A stretch of DNA of 58,398 nucleotides from Actinomycetes bacterium (GTDB lineage Bacteria > Actinomycetota > Actinomycetes > JACCUZ01), in assembly GCA_036269735.1 (NCBI GenBank), contig DATBDW010000111.1, forward strand, positions 1 through 58,398. The letters run 5' to 3'. Made by a program: the position numbers and the translations under genes. Below the pieces are notes generated by a model. It searched no databases, had not been told where the DNA came from, and saw only the letters and a list, made by a program, of their open reading frames with translations. How positions within the stretch are numbered: the stretch's first letter is position 1; each line of letters starts with the position of its first letter. Positions 36,458 through 44,023 of this stretch are shown piece by piece.

Positions 36458-37922
36458 CGCGCGGACCACCCGCCCGACGGCACGGGCCGTCGCGGCGGGC
36501 TCGACGTGGCAGCTGGTGACGTTCCTGGCGCGGTTCGTCGGAGGGTTCGCCGCTGTGGTGCTCGTTGCTCGGGCAGGCGGTCCCGCGGAGCTGGGCACGC
36601 TGCAGCTCGCCCTCACGGTGGCCGGGCTGTTGATGACGGTCGTCGGCTTCGGTCTGCCCAACCTGATCGCCCGCGAGATCGCCCGGGCCCCCGACCAGTC
36701 GCGGGTCTGGATCGAGGCCACGGTCTTCACGGCGCTGGTCGCCGGCGCCGGGGTGACCGTCGTCACGGCGGTCGCCCCGGCGCTGTGGGGCGCCGACGCC
36801 CGGGCAACCCTGCCGTTCGTGGTCGCGGTCGCCTCGCTGGCGTTCGATGCGAGTGCCCGTGCCCTGTTCGCAGCCTTCTGGGGCTGGGAGCGGATGCACC
36901 TGGAGTCGTTCGCCACCTGGCTGCAAGAGGGCTCGTACGTGGTGAGCGCAGTGCTCGTGGTCCGCGGTGGCGGCGGGGCCACCGCAGTCCTGGTCTGTTA
37001 CACGGCGACGCGCGCTCTTGGTGCGGTGGCCGGCTGGCTGCTCGCGAGCCGGTGGGTCGGCGCGGTGCTGATTCCCAGGCCGCACCGGCTCTTCCTCGTC
37101 CCGACGCTACGCCGTGCGGCCCCGTTCGCCGCCGACGACCTGCTCTCGATGGCCTACATCCGGGCCGACTCGGTCCTGCTCGGGGTGATGAAGGGCCAGA
37201 CCGCGGTCGGTCTGTACCAGGCCGGGACCAACCTCGTCCTCAACTGCAACGTCTTGGCCCGGATGTTCAACAACGCGCTCTACCCGCGGATGAGTCGGTG
37301 CTGGCCGGACCAGATCGAGCGGCTGCGTCGCCTGCGGGTGTTCTCGCTGCGGGTACTGGCCGTGATCGGGCTGCCCATCACAGTGGCCTCCCTCCTGCTG
37401 GCGAGCCGGATCATCCCAGCCGTGTACGGCGACGGGTTCGACTCGGCCGTGTTCTGCTTCCAGCTGCTCGCCCTCGTGATCCCGATGCGGATGCTCGGGC
37501 ACACCCTCGGAACGACCCTGACCGCGGCCGACGCGCAGACCTGGCGCACCTGGGGCGTCACCGCCGCCGCGGCGGCCAACATCGGGCTGAACCTCGTGCT
37601 GGTGCCGTCCCTGTCGTATGTCGGAAGTGCTTGGGCCACCGTCGTCACCGAGCTGGGGCTGCTGGTGGGTTACTCGGTCCTGGTAGGCCGCCGCACCGGA
37701 TCGTCGGGTCTGGTCGAGGCGCTCGCGGTGCCGGCGGCAGCGTGCGTGCCGCTCGCGGCCGTGCTCGTGGCGCTGGACGGAGCCCCGCTCCTTGTCGCGG
37801 TCGCAGCGGGGGCCGTCGGCTACGCCGCCGGCATCGCGGCGGCGCTGGGCCTGCGGTTGCTCGTGGTCCCGGATCGTGGTCCGAGGGCAGCGGTCTCGGC
37901 GTACCTCCTGGGGGGCGCATGA
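36447..37922 (+). CDS. Wzx-like polysaccharide flippase (MOP superfamily)
   Basis: The ORF is about 490 aa with 12-14 hydrophobic helices and begins TWQLVTFLARFVGGFAAVVLVARAGGPAELGTLQLAL. The start is uncertain: GTG at 36447 or ATG at 36399. Confidence 0.75.
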   Translation: MGVDARTTRPTARAVAAGSTWQLVTFLARFVGGFAAVVLVARAGGPAELGTLQLALTVAGLLMTVVGFGLPNLIAREIARAPDQSRVWIEATVFTALVAGAGVTVVTAVAPALWGADARATLPFVVAVASLAFDASARALFAAFWGWERMHLESFATWLQEGSYVVSAVLVVRGGGGATAVLVCYTATRALGAVAGWLLASRWVGAVLIPRPHRLFLVPTLRRAAPFAADDLLSMAYIRADSVLLGVMKGQTAVGLYQAGTNLVLNCNVLARMFNNALYPRMSRCWPDQIERLRRLRVFSLRVLAVIGLPITVASLLLASRIIPAVYGDGFDSAVFCFQLLALVIPMRMLGHTLGTTLTAADAQTWRTWGVTAAAAANIGLNLVLVPSLSYVGSAWATVVTELGLLVGYSVLVGRRTGSSGLVEALAVPAAACVPLAAVLVALDGAPLLVAVAAGAVGYAAGIAAALGLRLLVVPDRGPRAAVSAYLLGGA

Positions 37923-38545
37923 CCGACGCCCGGACCCTGAACTGGCGTTTCGTCGTCCCTGCGGCGACCGGAAGCCTGCTGGTGCTGCCGGTCGGTGACG
38001 AGCTGGTGCCTGGGGCAGTGCAGCCGGCACCGAACGGAGCCGGCCTACGCGGCGTGCTCGCCGAAGGGCCGTTCTCCGGCGTGGTCGCCGTCGACGTGTC
38101 GGCGTGGTCCGCTCGCGCCGGTGTCGGCAGTGTGCGCCTGTTGGGGCAGCTCGCCGATGCGGTGGCCCCGGGCGGATATCTCTATGCGGGCTTCCCGGGC
38201 CGCGGGTACCCGTTGAACGCCGTCAGCCGCGGAGCGGTCCTGCGGTTCCGGGCGACGTCGGTCCTGCGCCGGCACGGGCTGCGGCTCGAGTCGGCCTACG
38301 TGGCTCTCCCCGCGGCGTCCTGCCCAGCCATCATCGTGCCGGTGGACAGCCCGAGCGAGCTTGACTACGTGCTGCGGAACCTGAGCTTTCCGTACGCGCC
38401 GTCGACCCGCCCGTTCGCGGGTCGCGCCCGGCATGCCCTCGTCCGGGCCGGGCAGGCCGCCGCAGTCCGGGCACCGCACCGGCTGCGTGTCGCCGGCTCG
38501 CCGGCTCACGTGGTGCTCGCGGTTCGGCCGGGGGTGCCGGCATGA
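37919..38545 (+). CDS. hypothetical protein (208 aa), possibly a remnant of a Rossmann-like methyltransferase fold
   Basis: The gene is translationally coupled on both sides (ATGA overlaps). The only suggestive segment is VDVSAW...LADAVAPGGYLYAGF. No confident family assignment can be made. Confidence 0.4.
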   Translation: MTDARTLNWRFVVPAATGSLLVLPVGDELVPGAVQPAPNGAGLRGVLAEGPFSGVVAVDVSAWSARAGVGSVRLLGQLADAVAPGGYLYAGFPGRGYPLNAVSRGAVLRFRATSVLRRHGLRLESAYVALPAASCPAIIVPVDSPSELDYVLRNLSFPYAPSTRPFAGRARHALVRAGQAAAVRAPHRLRVAGSPAHVVLAVRPGVPA

Positions 38546-39669
38546 GCGCGGTCGTCGCGAACGCACCGGGCGAGCTCTCCTCCTTCGCGGACCCGCTGGT
38601 CGCCCAGGTGGCCGAGCGCTGGCCGGACTGGGACGCCCAGGGCCGGCCGCCGGTCCGTGGCGTCGTCCTGGGCATCGACCGGTCGCCTGACGCCAAGGTG
38701 GTCTGCCTGCTCTTCGACGCCGCCGGCCAACTGGTCGCGGTCGCCAAGGCGGCCCGCAGCGCTGCCGGCGAGGACGCGCTGGCAGTCGAGTACGACGCCC
38801 TGCACGCCCTCGACCGCGACCGGTCGCCACGACTGGCCCGAACGGTGCCGCGGGTGCTCGGCACCGTATCGGTGGCCGGGCTGCGCGGACTCGTCGAGAC
38901 GCCGGCTGCCGGCCGCCCGATGAGCGCCGACTACTACGCCGCAGGTCACGTCTCTGACGCCTGCGCGGTCACGATGGACTTCGCGGCCGCCGCCGGCTGG
39001 CTCGACGTCTTTCACCGCGGCACCGCTCGAGGACGTACGACGGTGGCCGGCGCGGCCCGTCGCTGGCTGTACCCGGCCCTGGACGGCTACCTCGCCGACG
39101 CCGGGGACGAGCCGGAGGCCCGCGACCTCGTCGCGGCGGTCCATGCGCGGGTCACACGCCATGCCGACGCGACGGTGCCGGTCACCGCCGTGCACGGGGA
39201 CTTCTGGATGGGCAACCTGCTGCGGGTGCGGAGGGGTGAGGTCAGCTCGGTCGTCGACTGGGAGCGCAGCCGTCCGGCAGGTGTGCCGCTCGACGACGTC
39301 TTCAAGTTCCCGACGTCCTACGGGATGTACCTCGACCGGGCCGAGCCGTGGCGCCGCGGGCGGCTGCCGGCACACCCCGGCCGCGCGGCGCTCGCGGCCC
39401 GCTGGACTGCCTACGGCAGGGAGCCCAATGTCGTCGGCTTCGGCTACACCTGGTTCGGCCTCGGCTGGTTCCCCGCACTGGCCCGGTCCTTCGTGACCGA
39501 CGGCCTCCGGCGGCTCGGGGTGCCGCCGGTCGTTGCCGGCCCGTTCTTCGTGGGCTTCCTCGCTGAGCAGCTGCTCGCCGCCAACACCGAGGACTTCCGG
39601 GCCGGCTACCGCCAGATCCTGCGGGCCTTCTCCGTCGAGCGGGACAGGAGCTGGTTATGGCGGGCTTGA
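38542..39669 (+). CDS. aminoglycoside-phosphotransferase/choline-kinase-fold kinase (catalytic motifs intact)
   Basis: The Brenner motif is VHGDFWMGNLL (HGDxxxxN) and is followed by SSVVDWERS, the DxD/DFG equivalent. The upstream Lys-containing strand reads LVAVAKAARS. Confidence 0.75.
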   Translation: MSAVVANAPGELSSFADPLVAQVAERWPDWDAQGRPPVRGVVLGIDRSPDAKVVCLLFDAAGQLVAVAKAARSAAGEDALAVEYDALHALDRDRSPRLARTVPRVLGTVSVAGLRGLVETPAAGRPMSADYYAAGHVSDACAVTMDFAAAAGWLDVFHRGTARGRTTVAGAARRWLYPALDGYLADAGDEPEARDLVAAVHARVTRHADATVPVTAVHGDFWMGNLLRVRRGEVSSVVDWERSRPAGVPLDDVFKFPTSYGMYLDRAEPWRRGRLPAHPGRAALAARWTAYGREPNVVGFGYTWFGLGWFPALARSFVTDGLRRLGVPPVVAGPFFVGFLAEQLLAANTEDFRAGYRQILRAFSVERDRSWLWRA

Positions 39670-40742
39670 GCGGGATTCCCGGCCGGGCGCTGGCCCTGGC
39701 GGTCTGCCTCGCGGCGACGGCGGCCTGTGCGCCGGCGTCCGGCAGCTCAACGGGGCCGGCCCGCACCCACCGCGGTTCCGGTTCTGCGACATCGGTGACC
39801 GTCCCGGCCAGCGGGGCGGGCGGAGCAGGGGCCCCGCTGGGCACCCTGAGCAAGTACGCCGACGCCGTGGACGCTGCGCACCGGCACGGCCTCGCCGTCT
39901 GGTTGGAGGCCGACCTGGTGAGCCGCTGGCTGCAGGGGCCGCCCTCGCTGGCCGCGGGGGTGGCACGGCTCGCCGAGCTCTCTCGCCACGGCGGCGTGGT
40001 CGGGGTGAAGATCGCCGATGAGCTGGGGGAGGACGACGGGCTCGGGTCGCCCGCGCGGGTGCTCGCCTTCCTCCATGACGCGGCCGCCGCCCTGCGACCG
40101 GTGCTGCCGTCCGGCGTCCAGATCCTGGTCGATGTCGTCGTACCGGAGCTCGGCTGCGCTCCCGGCGAGTCCGTCGCGGCTCCGCTCCGGGCGGCCTGCG
40201 TGGCGCGGGTCCGCGACCGTTGGCCCGGCGCGACCCTCGCGTCGGTCGACGCCGTCGTGCGGTCGGGAGACGTCGACGCGGTGGACGTCAGCACCGGCCT
40301 GCTGGACGGCACGCAGTACGCCCAGTGGGGACTGACGACCGAACAGGCGCAGCGTGCCGCGTGGGCCGAGATCGCCCGCCGCGGTTGGGGCGGGCTGGTG
40401 ACGCTGCGCGCCCGCAAGGCGATGGCCGTGCCGGCGCCGTACCCGACAGCGGCGGCCGCCGCGGCGGTACTGCCGACCTTCGTCGACGCCCCGATCGCGG
40501 GCGGCGCCCGCGCCGTGGACATCTGGACCTGGCGGCAGCACTACGACGGCACCACCGTCGGGCTGATGAGCGCCGGTCTGCGCACCAACGCGCTCTGGGA
40601 CGGGCTGCTCGCCCGGCATGCCCGTGGCGTCGCACTCCTCACCCATCTCAGCCCGAGCCTGCTCCTGAAGGGGCTGGACGCGGATCTCGCGCAGGTTGCG
40701 CTGGTCTTCTCGGGCGTGTTCCTCGCGACGGGCACCGGATGA
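39657..40742 (+). CDS. putative lipoprotein, unknown function (possible TIM-barrel glycan-binding or hydrolase fold)
   Basis: The signal peptide has a lipobox-like end, LAVCLAATAAC. No catalytic motif was recognised. The gene overlaps its upstream neighbour by 13 nt and its downstream neighbour by 4 nt. Confidence 0.5.
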   Translation: MAGLSGIPGRALALAVCLAATAACAPASGSSTGPARTHRGSGSATSVTVPASGAGGAGAPLGTLSKYADAVDAAHRHGLAVWLEADLVSRWLQGPPSLAAGVARLAELSRHGGVVGVKIADELGEDDGLGSPARVLAFLHDAAAALRPVLPSGVQILVDVVVPELGCAPGESVAAPLRAACVARVRDRWPGATLASVDAVVRSGDVDAVDVSTGLLDGTQYAQWGLTTEQAQRAAWAEIARRGWGGLVTLRARKAMAVPAPYPTAAAAAAVLPTFVDAPIAGGARAVDIWTWRQHYDGTTVGLMSAGLRTNALWDGLLARHARGVALLTHLSPSLLLKGLDADLAQVALVFSGVFLATGTG

Positions 40743-41395
40743 GCCGGGTCACCGCACCGACCGTCGGCGGCACCCGGGTCAGCCCCGGCCGCCGCGCGCT
40801 GGACGTGGCCGTGTCACTGACGGCGTTGATGGCTCTGCTGCCGATCCTGCTCGTCCTCGCGGTGCTGGTGCGGTGCACGAGCCGCGGCCCGGTCCTCTTT
40901 CGCCAGGTTCGCGTGGGTGCCGGCGGCCGGCCGTTCGTCATGCTCAAGTTCCGCAGCATGTCGGTCGGTGCGCTGGGCGGCCCCCAGGTGACGACGCAGA
41001 CCGACCAACGCATCACCGCGCTCGGGCGGGTGCTGCGCCGGAGCAGCCTCGACGAGCTGCCGCAGCTGGTCAACGTGCTGCGTGGCCAGATGACCCTCGT
41101 CGGTCCCCGTCCGGAGACCGTCGATCTCGCGGCCCGCTACCCCGATGACTGCCGCTGGGTGCTCCAGCACGCACCGGGCCTGACCGGTCCCTGTCAGATC
41201 CGGCTTCGGGACCGCGAGGCCCTGCCGCCCGAGGCTGTCGACGCCGAGGACTACTACCTCTCGGTCCTGGTGCCGCGCCGCGTCGCGCTGGACATGACGT
41301 TCCTGGGCCGGCCCACCGTCACAGCGACGATGGCGGTCCTGCTGGAGACCTTCGGCTACCTGGTCGGCCGGCGGCCGGCCGGGCTCGACGTCTGA
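40739..41395 (+). CDS. small monotopic phosphoglycosyl transferase (PglC/WbaP C-terminal-domain 'bacterial sugar transferase' family)
   Basis: There is a single N-terminal re-entrant helix (LDVAVSLTALMALLPILLVLAVLV). Motifs follow: GPVLFRQVRVG, FVMLKFRSM, DELPQLVNVLRGQMTLVGPRP and PGLTGPCQI. Confidence 0.88.
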   Translation: MSRVTAPTVGGTRVSPGRRALDVAVSLTALMALLPILLVLAVLVRCTSRGPVLFRQVRVGAGGRPFVMLKFRSMSVGALGGPQVTTQTDQRITALGRVLRRSSLDELPQLVNVLRGQMTLVGPRPETVDLAARYPDDCRWVLQHAPGLTGPCQIRLRDREALPPEAVDAEDYYLSVLVPRRVALDMTFLGRPTVTATMAVLLETFGYLVGRRPAGLDV

Positions 41396-41450
41396 GCACC
41401 TCTCGCCAGGTCGCCGGTCCACGTCGGTCGGGTGGCGCCGCACGACCGAA

Positions 41451-41499
41451 GTGGCCCGGCCAGCGTCCCCTGCGACGTACGTACCGCTGGTCGGGCCAC
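41451..41499. terminator. 15-bp-stem hairpin between the convergent operon end and the beta-helix gene (bidirectional terminator candidate)
   Basis: GTGGCCCGGCCAGCG (41451-41465) pairs with CGCTGGTCGGGCCAC (41485-41499), with one G-U position. The 19-nt loop contains ACGTACGT. Confidence 0.55.
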
Positions 41500-41529
41500 T
41501 TGTCTCGGGACGGGCCGGCTATTCGCTGA

Positions 41530-42906
41530 TCAGTGCCGCTCGTACGCGCCGCGGTCGTCGTAACTGCGTACGCCGGTGCCCGTGTCGGTGACGGTCGGAT
41601 CGTCGAACCGGGCGGCGCCCTCGACGTCGACCGCCTGTGCGCCCGGGGCGGAGGACCACGCGGAATCGATGGCCGGTGAGCCGGCGAGAAGGTGGAAGTC
41701 CCCTCCGGCCCGGTCGACCCAGCGCGGGTCGGCCTGGATCCCGTGCGTCTCCTGGCCGGTTGCCGACCGGAAGGCGGAGAGCGACTTGTAGCTCGTGGAG
41801 CCCCAGACGTAGACGACGTAGCCGCTGGGCACATTGACGACATTCCAGTCGACCAGGGTGCCGGACTCGGACGCGGCGTCGACGCGGATGTCGGACTTGG
41901 TCCGGGGGCTGCCGACGCCGTTGTCGACCGAGATGTTGTTGAAGACGGAGCCGCCTGTGGAGCCGCCCTCGAGGTTGATGCCGGCGGCGACGTTGTCGTA
42001 CACCGTGTTGCCGGTGATGACCTGGTCGGTCGCGCCGAGATCGTCGATCCCGTGGTCGCCGTTGCCGAAGGTCACGTTGTCAGCCACCAGGTTGCGCTGC
42101 GCGCCGGTGTAGAACTGCAGGCCGGTGTCCTCGTTCCCGAACGTCACGTTCCACAGGACCGTGTTGTCGTCTCCGCGGACGTCGATGCCAGGTGCTGCCC
42201 GGGTGTACCCCCGGGCGTTGCTGTAGGACCTGTTGGCCGAGATCGTGTTGCGCACCGAGGACGCGTCCAGGTAGATCCCCGCCTCGGTGTTGCCGTGCGT
42301 CACGTTCCCGCTCACGACCGAGTCGGTGACGGCACTGAGGTAGATACCGCGCTTGGTGGAGCCCGAGACCGGCTTGCCGGAGCCGGAGACGTCGTTGCCG
42401 GTGATCGTCAGGTGGCTACCCGTGGTGAGGCTGATCCCGTTGCCGAGGCTTCCCTTCACGGTGAATCCTGCGACGGTGATCCAGCTGCGGGACGACAGCT
42501 TGAAGCCCGAGCCCGTCGCACCGCCGGTCACGACGACGTTGCCGCCCGTCGCGGCCCGGAAGGTGATGGGTGATCCCGCCCCCCCCGACCGGGCGGGTGA
42601 GACCTGCTCGGCGTAGGTCCCCGCGGAGACGAGCACGGTCTGACCCGGCTGGGCGGCCTTGGCGGCGGGTGCGATCGAGCAGTACGGGACGTCTTGCGTC
42701 CCGGCGCCCGCGTCTGAGCAGGCTGGGGACGACCGGTCGACGTACAGGGTGCTCGGCAGGGCCGCGGCGGGACTGGCCGCCCCGAGCGCGAGGCCCGAGG
42801 CGACCAGCACCGCGGCACCGAGGGACCCGGGCTGGGGGGCGTGCCACGCCCTCGACGACGCGATCCTGTGCCTACCCGTGGGAGCGGATCTGCGGCGTCG
42901 GACCAC
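41530..42906 (-). CDS. secreted right-handed beta-helix repeat protein (single-module paralog of the 28671-32894 protein)
   Basis: The N-terminus is an Arg-rich signal, MVRRRRSAPTGRH...AAVLVASGLALGAASPAAA. It shares the cap motif YVD...C.D....T...P(Y/F)C(S/T)I..A......PG.TV.V..G.Y.EQV with the larger protein. It also shares GNEDTGLQFY, GNGDHGID and a C-terminal DDP.V.DTG.G..SYDDRGAYE. Confidence 0.8.
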   Translation of the reverse strand: MVRRRRSAPTGRHRIASSRAWHAPQPGSLGAAVLVASGLALGAASPAAALPSTLYVDRSSPACSDAGAGTQDVPYCSIAPAAKAAQPGQTVLVSAGTYAEQVSPARSGGAGSPITFRAATGGNVVVTGGATGSGFKLSSRSWITVAGFTVKGSLGNGISLTTGSHLTITGNDVSGSGKPVSGSTKRGIYLSAVTDSVVSGNVTHGNTEAGIYLDASSVRNTISANRSYSNARGYTRAAPGIDVRGDDNTVLWNVTFGNEDTGLQFYTGAQRNLVADNVTFGNGDHGIDDLGATDQVITGNTVYDNVAAGINLEGGSTGGSVFNNISVDNGVGSPRTKSDIRVDAASESGTLVDWNVVNVPSGYVVYVWGSTSYKSLSAFRSATGQETHGIQADPRWVDRAGGDFHLLAGSPAIDSAWSSAPGAQAVDVEGAARFDDPTVTDTGTGVRSYDDRGAYERH

Positions 42907-42970
42907 AGGACCAGTGAAGCGCCGAACGGCGGACCGTGCCTCCGTCAGAAGCCGTAGATAGGTGCGATCC

Positions 42971-43837
42971 TCAGCGGGTGGGTGTGCCGCAGTCCTTGTC
43001 GGTGTTGAGGCAGTCGGCGACGAGTCGGTTGAGGCGGGTTTGGTCCCAGGTGTTCCAGAAGTCGCCGTGCTCCGTGTATGTCGGACCGCTGGCGAGCGTG
43101 ATGGTGCCCGTCGTTGGGCCGACCGGGTACTCCAGGCGCAGGATCACCCGGGGCAGCGCGGTGGGGTACTTCGCCGGGCACCGGTAGGAGTGCGGGTAGA
43201 CGACATGAACGGTGTCGTTCGCGTGGGTCCGGACGCCGTCCCAGCAGTTCGGGAAGCCGATGTGGAGGCTGATGATGCCGCTCGAGCAGGACGCCGGCGG
43301 CGCGACCAGCTTTCCGGTGCTGTTGTCCGAGCAGCCCCAGTAGATCTCCTTGCCCAGCTCGGGGTTCTCCGCGGCGTTCATGGCGTGGCTCTGCCCGGCG
43401 ACCAGGCGCAGGTCGGCGGGGATGGTGTGGATGTGCGTCCCGGGGGCGACGTTGTCGTCCCGGTAGTAGATCTGCTGGCGGGTGTCGTGCCCCGCCCAGG
43501 ACCCGCGTGGCAGCACGCGGGCGCCGTCGCGGTAGATCGCCGGTGCCCAGTAGCCCGCGGTGTCCGTCTTGAGGGTGCAGGTCGTGCCTGCCGCCCGCAT
43601 GGACCTGAGCGTGCTCCGCGCGGCGGTCGATCGGTTGCCGAGGAAGTCGTGCAGGTGTGACGCGCCCGGTTGCCGCGGGAAGACGATCGGGTCGTTCATG
43701 GAGCTGTGGGAGTAGCCGCACTTGTTCAGCCAGCCGGGCGACGAGGCGACGGCGGCGGGGCCGGTGACGACGGTGCCGACCAGGGCGGCAAGGGAGGTGA
43801 TCAGAACGAGCGGCAGGGCGCGCGTGGAGCGAGACAT
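42971..43837 (-). CDS. secreted DUF1996-domain protein
   Basis: A signal peptide is followed by CGYSHSSMNDPIVFPRQPGASHLHDFLGN, GYWAPAIY, and the FPNCWDG pattern typical of DUF1996. Confidence 0.7.
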   Translation of the reverse strand: MSRSTRALPLVLITSLAALVGTVVTGPAAVASSPGWLNKCGYSHSSMNDPIVFPRQPGASHLHDFLGNRSTAARSTLRSMRAAGTTCTLKTDTAGYWAPAIYRDGARVLPRGSWAGHDTRQQIYYRDDNVAPGTHIHTIPADLRLVAGQSHAMNAAENPELGKEIYWGCSDNSTGKLVAPPASCSSGIISLHIGFPNCWDGVRTHANDTVHVVYPHSYRCPAKYPTALPRVILRLEYPVGPTTGTITLASGPTYTEHGDFWNTWDQTRLNRLVADCLNTDKDCGTPTR

Positions 43838-43913
43838 GGGTGCTCCTCCAGTCGAGACAGCGGCTCACGCTACGCGCGGTGACCGCACTGAAGCACACCG
43901 TCGGCGTGTCGGA

Positions 43914-44023
43914 AGATCGACTGAAAGATCCACCTGAAGATCAACCGGTGGCTGCACTCAAAGACGGCGGGTCGGAACGGAGATCGACACCGGTAGATCG
44001 ACCGTCCGTGGCTAGAGATCGAC
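43914..44023. repeat. cluster of six AGATC(G/C/A)AC octamers upstream of the DUF1996 gene
   Basis: The copies start at 43914 (AGATCGAC), 43926 (AGATCCAC), 43938 (AGATCAAC), 43981, 43995 and 44016 (all AGATCGAC). The first three have exact 12-bp spacing. The last copy lies in the final codons of the upstream CDS. Confidence 0.7.
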
